Shown piece by piece: positions 1 through 8,135 of a stretch of 64,000 nt of DNA. This stretch comes from a virus. The position numbers and the translations under genes were made by a program. The stretch is taken from the IMG/VR virus record IMGVR_UViG_3300043409_001491, positions 41,902 through 105,901 of that record. The stretch is one strand, 5' to 3'. Position 1 is the stretch's first letter. Each line of letters opens with the position of its first letter. The notes below the pieces were generated by a model. It made no database searches, was not told the origin of the DNA, and saw only the letters and a program-made list of their open reading frames with translations.

Positions 1-348
1 AAGCAAGATAGGCTACAGGCTGCAGTGGCAAGCGGTCTTCCAATTACTGGAATGATCTTGACTCCTTATAAGTGGTCAGCAACAAATGGTGCAACTTTTA
101 ACGGTACAGAATTTACTGGAGGAAGCCAATCTCCTGTTCCACAAGACAATGATTGGTCATCAGTTAATACATTTGGGTATATTTGTGATAATGTGATTAT
201 TGGTGCATTTATAACAAGCACTGGCACTGTAATGTGTAATCAATATAATGCAATATTTGATGATGAAACAACAATAATTAAAGTTCCAGAAAGCCAGACA
301 GCCAACATTGGCGATATCTGGGATGGCGAAAACATAATTAATAGATAG
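1..348 (+). CDS. Hypothetical protein, 5'-truncated; resembles small fibre-companion proteins
   Basis: Frame 1 is open from base 1; two similar motifs (ATNGATFNG, ANIGDIWDG) resemble ANIGSTYN in ORF 15994. Confidence 0.6.
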   Translation, partial: KQDRLQAAVASGLPITGMILTPYKWSATNGATFNGTEFTGGSQSPVPQDNDWSSVNTFGYICDNVIIGAFITSTGTVMCNQYNAIFDDETTIIKVPESQTANIGDIWDGENIINR

Positions 349-365
349 TAAAAGTGGGGGTAGAT

Positions 366-593
366 ATGTCAAAGTGGGAAGAATGGAAAGAAAGTCTTGG
401 GGAAACAAGACCTTGGCATTTATTAGATCATAGCAAGTTGGTAGACGACAAGTCTATATCTGATGCTAGACTAAACATATGTAAAACATGTCCAGAGTTA
501 ATTAAACTTACAACAACATGTAAAAAATGTGGATGCTTTATGGCAGCAAAAACAAAACTACAAGGGGCAGCATGTCCAATAGGGAAATGGTAA
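366..593 (+). CDS. Small Cys-rich metal-binding protein
   Basis: RLNICKTCPEL...CKKCGCFM..KTKL..AACPIGKW; ATG at 366 after a G-rich RBS. Confidence 0.7.
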   Translation: MSKWEEWKESLGETRPWHLLDHSKLVDDKSISDARLNICKTCPELIKLTTTCKKCGCFMAAKTKLQGAACPIGKW

Positions 594-603
594 AGGGGCC
601 AAA

Positions 604-1203
604 ATGATAAAAGAAGAAATAGCACCAGGAATAGCCGTATATAGCGATGTAATTCCAAATAGTAATACACTATATCAAGACATTGAAGAAGGAATGGCTT
701 CTGCGGGACTAAAATGGAATGAAGCAAGTGTTAAAGAATCAACAGATCCAATGGTAAACAAAAATACAAGAGACACAAGTACTTTTGGAGTTCAATATGC
801 AGGACAAATAAAAGATCTAACAACAACAGATCCAAGAGAAGTTTTTGGCTTAAGCCTAAATAATATCTTCTTTGAGCATTTTGACCCAGTAGAAAAAGAC
901 TACATGGCAACATATGGAATAGGCTCAGACTGGCATGATGTTTACGGAATTTTAAAATATGGAGCAGGCCAGCAATTTACTAACCACATTGATGACCATC
1001 CAAGTTATCACAGACGAGTATCTACTGTCTACTATTTAAATGATAACTACACGGGTGGAGAAATTAACTTTCCTCGTTTTGGAATTACCTTTAAACCAAA
1101 GGCTAATCAAATGATTGTGTTTCCTTCAACATATGTTTATAATCACTCAGTGTCTCCAGTTATTGAAGGTGAAAGATATGCCGTAGTTAGTTGGTTACGA
1201 TGA
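604..1203 (+). CDS. 2OG-Fe(II) oxygenase, prolyl 4-hydroxylase-like
   Basis: HxD (HID), STVYYLNDNYTGGE, distal His in HSVSPV, Arg in GERY. Confidence 0.85.
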   Translation: MIKEEIAPGIAVYSDVIPNSNTLYQDIEEGMASAGLKWNEASVKESTDPMVNKNTRDTSTFGVQYAGQIKDLTTTDPREVFGLSLNNIFFEHFDPVEKDYMATYGIGSDWHDVYGILKYGAGQQFTNHIDDHPSYHRRVSTVYYLNDNYTGGEINFPRFGITFKPKANQMIVFPSTYVYNHSVSPVIEGERYAVVSWLR

Positions 1204-1760
1204 AAGAGCCATTGCTAGTTAATGATGTTTTAAGTCCAGAAGACTATGCAATTCTTACTAGTGCCGTTTCAAATCCAAAATCTTTTGAATATCAAGAAGG
1301 TTTTTCAAGATATGTTGTTGCAGATAATAATCTTGCAATACTGGCAGAACTTGCAAATAAATTAATTCCTACCGCAAGAGAAGCATTTGGAAGCGATACT
1401 TTACTTCCAACATATACATTATTTGCACACTATGAAGGACAGAACCCTGCTCCAAGTCTTTATAAGCACAAGGATGATAATGCTTGCACATACACTTTAG
1501 ACATGTGTGTTTATCAGAATGAGTCTTGGGATCTGTTTGTTGAAGATAAGGCTTACACGCTTTATCCTAATCAAGCCCTTGCATACTATGGTAATGATCA
1601 GATGCACTGGAGAGAAGAATTTCCTAATCCAGAAACAAATCATGTTGCAATGGTCTTTTTTCATTTTGCAGAACCAGACCACTGGTACTTTACAGAAGGT
1701 CCAGAGTATCTTCACACTCATATTCGTGCAAATAAAGATTCTATGGCTAAAGTCATGTAA
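1200..1760 (+). CDS. Second 2OG-Fe(II) oxygenase-fold protein
   Basis: LYKHKDD (HxD), HWREEF, VFFHF; ATGA overlap with upstream stop. Confidence 0.7.
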   Translation: MKEPLLVNDVLSPEDYAILTSAVSNPKSFEYQEGFSRYVVADNNLAILAELANKLIPTAREAFGSDTLLPTYTLFAHYEGQNPAPSLYKHKDDNACTYTLDMCVYQNESWDLFVEDKAYTLYPNQALAYYGNDQMHWREEFPNPETNHVAMVFFHFAEPDHWYFTEGPEYLHTHIRANKDSMAKVM

Positions 1761-2779
1761 TGAAACCTATCTTTTTTAAACTTTGGAATGCTGGATTGTT
1801 TAACCAAGTGCTAAGTTTAGAGTTAGCAGCAGGGCTTGCTCACGAAACTAAAAAACCAATAATAGTTCATTTTTTTTGTCATGATCCAAATAGAAAAATA
1901 TATATCTCTACACCAAGTATACATTTTAATGATCAAAGAAATAATTTTACAGATCGCTCTTTTAAAAATAACCCTCACCTTTTAGACTTGTTTGATGTTA
2001 GTGCAGATCTAATTATTGTTAATGAAAAAATAGATTCATTTAAACAAGAAGAATTTGTTATAGATGAATTAGCAACTAAATATTATTATAGCAAAGAAAA
2101 AGAAATATCTGATGATGAATTATTGTTTGCAGAAGGCAGAGAAAGACTTACTTTTAATAAAAATATACATTTAAAAGGTACTTTAGGAGTCTATTCAAGA
2201 TTTTTTTATAATAGAAGTCCTGAGTTAAATGAAGTTTTGTCTTCAGTTAAGCCTAAGCAGATCTATCGGGATTTGGCTAAAAAAATATCAGAATCTCTTG
2301 GTAATTTCCAAGGAATGCATTTAAGGTTGTCAGATCATCTTGTAAGCACAGACTATCACAAAGAAGAAATAGTCAATGAATGGATAACAAAATATGAAAA
2401 TAATGGTATTCCTATTGTTTTATCTACAGATGAACCAAGTCACCGATTAGTAAATAAAAATAAGCATAGGTTTATTTTATTGGATGAATACATAGTCAAT
2501 AATTTTAAAGATGATTTTATGTCTTTGCCGTTTCAGGATGAGGTAGTTTTTGGCCTTATTTGTAATTTAGTTTTACATGACTCAGTAAATTTTGTAGGAA
2601 AATCAGGAACTACTTACACATCATATATTCACAGAAACAGGAATCAAAAAAATATTGAAACTTGGGATTTCTTTGATAATCCACCAAAAGCAGAAGGTCT
2701 TCCATATTCTTGGAATAATTATCCTAGACCAAATGATCAAAAAATGTGGTGGAGAGAGTGGCCAGAATCAAAATGCTAA
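1760..2779 (+). CDS. O-fucosyltransferase-like glycosyltransferase
   Basis: N-terminal GLFNQ, GMHLR, VLSTDE and FVGKSGTTYTSYI match the shared alpha2/alpha6/O-FucT motifs. Confidence 0.7.
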   Translation: MKPIFFKLWNAGLFNQVLSLELAAGLAHETKKPIIVHFFCHDPNRKIYISTPSIHFNDQRNNFTDRSFKNNPHLLDLFDVSADLIIVNEKIDSFKQEEFVIDELATKYYYSKEKEISDDELLFAEGRERLTFNKNIHLKGTLGVYSRFFYNRSPELNEVLSSVKPKQIYRDLAKKISESLGNFQGMHLRLSDHLVSTDYHKEEIVNEWITKYENNGIPIVLSTDEPSHRLVNKNKHRFILLDEYIVNNFKDDFMSLPFQDEVVFGLICNLVLHDSVNFVGKSGTTYTSYIHRNRNQKNIETWDFFDNPPKAEGLPYSWNNYPRPNDQKMWWREWPESKC

Positions 2780-3717
2780 GAAACAAAGTAATTATAAATG
2801 CCTGGACAGGAATGTTTGGAATTAGAATGCACGAATATGCATTTGCTAAAACTTATGCACACAAAAACAATATGGACCTTGAATTATTGTCAAACTGGGA
2901 AGGTTCTGTTATGTTTAAAAATGCAACAGAGTCCTTGATAGAGTTTCCAGAGTTACAAGAATATTTAAAAAATGGCGGAAGACCATTAGAAGAAAGAAAT
3001 AATGAAACATTAAAGTATTATCCAGGATCAATATACTGGAACGGTAATTGGCATCCAGAAGATCCGTATAAAAATAATAACTGCTCGATTGTTACTAATG
3101 ACACCAACGCATATCAGGAGTCTATATTTGACCAAATGGAACTTTCCTATATAAAACATATTTTTGAGTTAAGCGATTTAATAAAAGAATCAGAAGTTTA
3201 CAAGCATTGGGAATCAAAAGCAGGAACATACGATGTTGCTCATCTTCGTAGAGGAGATATTGCAGATATTAATTATAATCTTAATAATGAACAAGGCTAT
3301 TCTGTGGTATCAAAAGATTCTTATTTTTCTGCTTTTGAAAAGTTTGGGTATGACAAAGATAAAATTGAATGGATATCAAATGATCATACTAAGAAGTGGC
3401 ATCAAGATAGACCAGACATGATCTTTTTGCCATGGTCTTATCCACAGGGTGCTCAGTTTGATGAAAAACTAGGCTTTGATTTTCTTGATGATTGGTTAAA
3501 GATGTATTTTGCTAGAACAATATTTAGAGGAAATAGCAGTTTTTCTTTCTGGGCAGGACTACTGTCTCCAACAGCAAAGGTTTATTCTCCAGTAGTTGAT
3601 AAACAACTAATCTATGGCCGTGATGGTTTAACAGAAGAATTATTCTTAGATTTTACTGAGGGCAATGAAAATCATTGGATGTATTCTGGCACAGATAGAA
3701 AGATAAGGATAAGATAA
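2773..3717 (+). CDS. GT11-like (alpha-1,2-fucosyltransferase-like) glycosyltransferase
   Basis: GMFG.RM.EYA, VAHLRRGD, NSSFSFWAGLL. Confidence 0.75.
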   Translation: MLRNKVIINAWTGMFGIRMHEYAFAKTYAHKNNMDLELLSNWEGSVMFKNATESLIEFPELQEYLKNGGRPLEERNNETLKYYPGSIYWNGNWHPEDPYKNNNCSIVTNDTNAYQESIFDQMELSYIKHIFELSDLIKESEVYKHWESKAGTYDVAHLRRGDIADINYNLNNEQGYSVVSKDSYFSAFEKFGYDKDKIEWISNDHTKKWHQDRPDMIFLPWSYPQGAQFDEKLGFDFLDDWLKMYFARTIFRGNSSFSFWAGLLSPTAKVYSPVVDKQLIYGRDGLTEELFLDFTEGNENHWMYSGTDRKIRIR

Positions 3718-3718
3718 A

Positions 3719-4741
3719 ATGAAAACAGCACTAGTTTTAGGAGCAGGAGGCTTCATAGGAAGCCATATGGTAAATAGGCTTAAGTCAGAAGGATATTGGG
3801 TTAGAGGTGTTGACTTAAAACATCCTGATTTTTCTAATACACAGGCAGACGAATTTATTGAGAGAGATCTATCTGTATATGAAAATGTTGAAAAAGTTAT
3901 TAAGTTTAAAGGATATCAAGGAAACTTTTACCACGAGATTCCATATCGTTCCATAGATTCATTTGATGAAATATATCAGTTCGCTGCAGATATGGGTGGA
4001 GCAGGATATATTTTTACTGGTTTAAATGATTCTCAGATTATGGAAAACTCTGCTCTAATAAACCTTAATCTTTTAAGAGCACAGTCAAGACTTAATGAAA
4101 AATATGATATAAACAAAACCAAAATATTCTATTCAAGTTCTGCCTGCATGTATCCTGACTATAAGCAGTTAGATGTTAACAATCCTGGATTGAAAGAGTC
4201 TGATGCATACCCTGCAGATCCTGACAGCGAGTATGGCTGGGAAAAACTCTTTAGCGAAAGAATGTTCTTAGCATTTAACAGAAACAATAAGATTCCTGTA
4301 GCAATTGCCAGATACCATAATATTTATGGACCAGAAGGAACTTGGGACGGTGGAAAAGAAAAGGCTCCTGCTGCAATGTGTAGAAAAGTTATACAAGCAG
4401 ATGGTTTTATAGAAATTTGGGGGGACGGAGAACAAACCCGCTCATTCCTATATATAGACGAATGCATAGAAGCAACAAGAAGACTTATGGAGTCAGACTT
4501 TACTGGACCTGTTAATATTGGATCTGAGGAAATGGTTACTATCAATCAGTTGGTAGACATTGCTTGTAGTATTGAAGGCAAGGTTTTAAGCAAGATGCCT
4601 ATTCCTGGACCTTTAGGAGTTAGAGGCAGAAACTCTAATAACGATTTGGTTAGAGAAAAGTTAGACTGGGACTATTCAATGTCTCTTAAGGATGGAATTC
4701 AAAAAACTTATGATTGGATTAAAAATCAAATAAATGAATAA
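3719..4741 (+). CDS. GDP-D-mannose 3',5'-epimerase-like extended SDR
   Basis: GAGGFIG, AADMGGAG, SSSACMYP, YGWEK, GGKEKAPAA.CRK, WGDGEQTRSF, GVRGRNS are characteristic of the GME subfamily. Confidence 0.85.
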   Translation: MKTALVLGAGGFIGSHMVNRLKSEGYWVRGVDLKHPDFSNTQADEFIERDLSVYENVEKVIKFKGYQGNFYHEIPYRSIDSFDEIYQFAADMGGAGYIFTGLNDSQIMENSALINLNLLRAQSRLNEKYDINKTKIFYSSSACMYPDYKQLDVNNPGLKESDAYPADPDSEYGWEKLFSERMFLAFNRNNKIPVAIARYHNIYGPEGTWDGGKEKAPAAMCRKVIQADGFIEIWGDGEQTRSFLYIDECIEATRRLMESDFTGPVNIGSEEMVTINQLVDIACSIEGKVLSKMPIPGPLGVRGRNSNNDLVREKLDWDYSMSLKDGIQKTYDWIKNQINE

Positions 4742-5570
4742 AACTGAAGTTGTAAAAGAATGTTTTATGCCAGATGGAATTGGCGCACAACTTTGGAGAA
4801 AAATTTATGTAATGTCATATGCAAAATATTATAATCTATTGTTTGAAGACACACCAATTACAGATTTTTTAATTCATGAATCTGATAAAGTTTACAGCGA
4901 AGAGGAAAAAATTAAATTTATTGACAAGTTTAATACAATATTAAAAAATCCTTGGAAAGGTATAGATTTTTCTAATAAGGATCATTTTTTTCTTTCTGAA
5001 AAGGTAGGCTTGGGCTATTCTAACCTATATGGACACGCAGGGCTAATAAACCCCCCACATCCATTTTTAGAAGTTGCAAAAGAGTTTAGCACTATAGAAA
5101 AAACTGAAAATAATGTAATTATTCATATACGAAGAGGAAACGTGATTCCAGAAAACCCCAGGTGGGTAGAAGAATCTGTCTATATTGATATGTTACAACT
5201 TTTGCCACATTTTTTAAACAAGTTAAAAATTGTACCAGACAGAGTAATAATTTTTACAGATGCTTCAGATACAAATAAAAGATATAAACCCATAAATCAA
5301 ACCCAATTAGATAAATGGCAACAGGGGCATTTGTATAAAGACGAAAACGATTCTTTTGAAACTACTTCTATAAATTTTGAATTATTTAGAAATTCGTATC
5401 CAGGTATTGAGATTTTAAATAATTTAGATACTTATACGGCTTTTAATATGATGGTTATGGCAAAAGTGCTAATAACATCAAAATCTGCATTTAGCCAGGC
5501 TGCTGGATTGCTATCAAAAAACACTGTTGTGCCAATTGATAACTATGACAGTTGTTTTAAAAATATATAA
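4734..5570 (+). CDS. Third fucosyltransferase-like (GT11/GT23-like) glycosyltransferase
   Basis: DGIGAQ, IHIRRGN, IFTD, LITSKSAFSQAAGLL. Confidence 0.65.
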   Translation: MNKTEVVKECFMPDGIGAQLWRKIYVMSYAKYYNLLFEDTPITDFLIHESDKVYSEEEKIKFIDKFNTILKNPWKGIDFSNKDHFFLSEKVGLGYSNLYGHAGLINPPHPFLEVAKEFSTIEKTENNVIIHIRRGNVIPENPRWVEESVYIDMLQLLPHFLNKLKIVPDRVIIFTDASDTNKRYKPINQTQLDKWQQGHLYKDENDSFETTSINFELFRNSYPGIEILNNLDTYTAFNMMVMAKVLITSKSAFSQAAGLLSKNTVVPIDNYDSCFKNI

Positions 5571-5606
5571 AAAATACCCCCAAGGATTTCTCCAAAGGGG
5601 TATTTT
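5571..5606. terminator. Bidirectional intrinsic terminator
   Basis: AAAATACCCC...GGGGTATTTT inverted repeat between convergent genes. Confidence 0.75.
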
Positions 5607-5617
5607 ATTACCTAAAA

Positions 5618-6163
5618 TTACTTAGGAAATTTGCTCATCCACATTCTGGTCTTAGGCGTAATGCCTTTCCAAGAAGACCAGTCGTTTCCACCATTGGACA
5701 TGTAGTATGCAATCTCCGCATTTTTGACGGGATTGAATAGTTCAGCGTTAGAGTCAAGATCAAACTTATCTCGTCTATCTGGACCCAGTGTATCAATCAT
5801 ATTAATTTGGAACATCCCGTAGGAGGAGTCCCCAGTCTTATGGTTTCCGTTAAATGCTAAGGGACGACCATTAGATTCTTTCTTAGCAATAGCCCATGCT
5901 ACTACTAAGTCGTTGCCTTTGAATCCCACCAAAGAAAGCAACTTCTTTAATTCAATATCTGTAAGATTTGTTTTGTTTTCATAACGTTCTAACATTTTTG
6001 CTTTAGAAACAACAAAAGCCACCTTGTGGGTGGCAGCAGAGTTTTCAGCGTGTTTAGTTAGTAAGTTGTTTTCCGTAGTTGATGCATTGGCAAAGTTGCT
6101 AAAGGGTGCTACAACTCCGACCATTGCGAGGATTCCAATCCAAGCCTTCTTGTCTCTTCTCAT
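5618..6163 (-). CDS. Secreted lysozyme-like/SLT transglycosylase
   Basis: Signal peptide (MRRDKK, hydrophobic stretch, ANA), AIAKKES catalytic Glu, GMFQIN, N...A..M...G.DWSSW; AGGAGG RBS. Confidence 0.8.
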   Translation of the reverse strand: MRRDKKAWIGILAMVGVVAPFSNFANASTTENNLLTKHAENSAATHKVAFVVSKAKMLERYENKTNLTDIELKKLLSLVGFKGNDLVVAWAIAKKESNGRPLAFNGNHKTGDSSYGMFQINMIDTLGPDRRDKFDLDSNAELFNPVKNAEIAYYMSNGGNDWSSWKGITPKTRMWMSKFPK

Positions 6164-6212
6164 AATAGTAACCTCCTAGAGAACAAATGCTACCTGTTGG
6201 TAGCATGTATTA

Positions 6213-6242
6213 ATTATAACACGAATTTGCCATCAAAGTCAA
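6213..6242 (-). promoter_or_regulatory. SigA/sigma70-type promoter for the SLT gene
   Basis: Minus strand TTGACT-18nt-TATAAT with TGn extension; perfect hairpin ATGCTACC-4-GGTAGCAT (6187-6206) in the leader. Confidence 0.65.
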
Positions 6243-6288
6243 ACTTTAGATAACATTTTGGTAAACTTTTAGTTTTTACGGGGGAAAG

Positions 6289-6297
6289 TGGTATAAT
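6289..6297 (+). promoter_or_regulatory. Extended -10 promoter
   Basis: TGGTATAAT 10 nt before ATG 6308, no SD. Confidence 0.6.
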
Positions 6298-6307
6298 AAT
6301 AAGTACT

Positions 6308-6835
6308 ATGGCTACTGGTGCAACTACAACTTATGATCTTCCTTATCCCGTTTTAAGTGACCCTGTAAATGTCCACGAGGATATTCAATCACTTGCAGAA
6401 CGCATAGAAGATGTTATTTCAAACATTGGACTTCCTTTTATTTCACTAGAAGTTAGAAATATAACTGTATCAACAATTGCAAAAGGAACACCAGTTTATA
6501 TTTCAGGGTATACATCAAAACCAACAGTTGCAAAATGTGATTCAAATGACCTAACAACATTTCCAGTAGTTGGAATAACACAAGCAGCAATGACAAGTAA
6601 TTCTGATGGTGTAATAATTATCTCTGGCGTATTTGAAAATATAAATACTGCATCCTACACTGCTGGAGATATACTTTATGTTGCTGATGGTGGAGGTTTG
6701 ACAGATACAGTTCCTACTGATGGATCAGGTGCTGTAGCAGTGGTTGCTAAATCAAATGCCTCAACTGGTGTTATTATTGTTGGACAGCCAAAAGGTAATG
6801 GATCTTGGGGGGCATTGAAAAATGGACTTGCTTAA
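6308..6835 (+). CDS. Putative virion accessory/fibre protein
   Basis: N-terminal TTTYDLPYP..SDPVNVHEDIQSLAE typical of actinophage minor virion proteins; KGTPVYISG...AGDILYV domain. Confidence 0.55.
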   Translation: MATGATTTYDLPYPVLSDPVNVHEDIQSLAERIEDVISNIGLPFISLEVRNITVSTIAKGTPVYISGYTSKPTVAKCDSNDLTTFPVVGITQAAMTSNSDGVIIISGVFENINTASYTAGDILYVADGGGLTDTVPTDGSGAVAVVAKSNASTGVIIVGQPKGNGSWGALKNGLA

Positions 6836-6844
6836 TGGTATAAT
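6836..6844 (+). promoter_or_regulatory. Extended -10 promoter, probable leaderless transcript
   Basis: TGGTATAAT 6 nt before ATG 6851, no SD. Confidence 0.65.
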
Positions 6845-6850
6845 TTAACA

Positions 6851-7309
6851 ATGGCCGTATATAGAAACCCTAATGAAACCCCCCTAGAAGGAGTAACTGC
6901 TCCATCTACCTATAACATTGGAAATAAACCTCCACTTGTTAACTGGACCGTTGTAATTGGAGATAGTGCTTCTTTTAGAATTTATGTTGAAGATGATCTT
7001 GGAAATGAATTAGATTATACATTCCCTGTTAGTGGTGACGATGCTGGTTGGGATATTTCTGGAGAGTTTAGACGATACTCTGATAATACTGGAGATGATC
7101 TGTTGTTTACGATTTATCCAAATCAAGTACCAGGGCTTGATGAGCCTGGAGAGTTTACAGTTACAGTATCACCTGCACAGTCTAAGATTTTAAGAACAGG
7201 CGATGTCTTTGATATTCAATTAAGAGATGGTGCCACTCGTGTTTGGACTGTTTGTCAGGGTGAGATGACTATGATTGGCGAAGTCACAGAGCAAGATACA
7301 GTAAGTTAA
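6851..7309 (+). CDS. Putative structural protein (BppU-N-like adaptor)
   Basis: GDSASFRI...FTVTVSPAQS...VFDIQL...VWTVCQG pattern; structural context. Confidence 0.45.
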   Translation: MAVYRNPNETPLEGVTAPSTYNIGNKPPLVNWTVVIGDSASFRIYVEDDLGNELDYTFPVSGDDAGWDISGEFRRYSDNTGDDLLFTIYPNQVPGLDEPGEFTVTVSPAQSKILRTGDVFDIQLRDGATRVWTVCQGEMTMIGEVTEQDTVS

Positions 7310-7311
7310 TT

Positions 7312-7647
7312 ATGGCAACAACCAATATAACCAATATTGGCAGAAGCCAAACCATCTCTGATATAAAACCAACAATAACAGCAGAAAATATATCTACCCA
7401 CTCTTCAATAATTTCAAGCATTGCTTTTTTAGTTACAGCAGCAACAATTGCAATCTCTCCAACAATTGAAGACATATCAGGCTCTGTCGGATCTTTGGTA
7501 ACTGCAGACTATCCTAAAATAACAACGGTAACAGAGATACTACCATTTAGACTAACCATAACTAATATTGGCATTGAGGGGTACAGTCCTTCAAATCCCC
7601 CAGGAATTGGAATTCAAATGATTGGTTTTTCTAACTATATACTTTAA
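7312..7647 (+). CDS. Hypothetical Thr/Ile-rich protein
   Basis: ORF fills the gap between neighbours. Confidence 0.55.
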   Translation: MATTNITNIGRSQTISDIKPTITAENISTHSSIISSIAFLVTAATIAISPTIEDISGSVGSLVTADYPKITTVTEILPFRLTITNIGIEGYSPSNPPGIGIQMIGFSNYIL

Positions 7648-7652
7648 CAATA

Positions 7653-7661
7653 TGATATAAT
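7653..7661 (+). promoter_or_regulatory. Extended -10 promoter, probable leaderless transcript
   Basis: TGATATAAT 6 nt before ATG 7668, no SD. Confidence 0.65.
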
Positions 7662-7667
7662 TCAAAC

Positions 7668-8120
7668 ATGGCGAAAATATCATTATCAAGCGTAAAAGCC
7701 CTGTTTCAGACAGGCGACAGACCAACTCAAGAAAACTATGTTGATTTAATTGATACGGCGTCTGCTCAGGCAACAGATTTGGGTAGTGCAGGTAGCAACG
7801 AAGACACAAATGAAATAACCGTAACAGGTATTGAGAACAGCACACTCTTTGATAGTTTTTCAGCCACAGAGTGGAGATCCATTAAGTATGTGGTCTCATT
7901 AAAAAAGAATAGTGGAGATAAGTTCTTTACAACAGAATTGACCATAGTCCCTGACGGTACAAATGATAATGTTAGTGAATATGGAACAGTAGACAATAAT
8001 GGGAATATTGGCACCATTAACGTCTCTAGAACAGGAAGCACAGTCTCACTAACTGTAGTTCCTGTGTCAGGTCAGACCCCCATCACCTTACGCTATATGC
8101 GTACAGGCTTGAAGGCTTAA
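7668..8120 (+). CDS. Virion accessory protein sharing the C-terminal domain of ORF 8136
   Basis: FQTGDRPTQENYVDLID N-terminal motif; DSF....RSIKYVV...SEYG domain. Confidence 0.6.
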   Translation: MAKISLSSVKALFQTGDRPTQENYVDLIDTASAQATDLGSAGSNEDTNEITVTGIENSTLFDSFSATEWRSIKYVVSLKKNSGDKFFTTELTIVPDGTNDNVSEYGTVDNNGNIGTINVSRTGSTVSLTVVPVSGQTPITLRYMRTGLKA

Positions 8121-8135
8121 CCAAGGAGATAACAA

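Noticed and set aside
604-1760. TET/JBP-type DNA hypermodification system
   Set aside because: The oxygenases look P4H/PKHD-like, the GTs carry fucosyltransferase motifs and no methyltransferase is adjacent; not excluded but less supported than protein or surface glycosylation
6164-6212. c-di-AMP (ydaO) riboswitch ahead of the muralytic gene
   Set aside because: The leader is only about 45 nt with one hairpin, too short
6241-6272. AAACTTT(T)AG direct repeat between divergent promoters as an operator
   Set aside because: Short and AT-rich, and not noticed at other promoters
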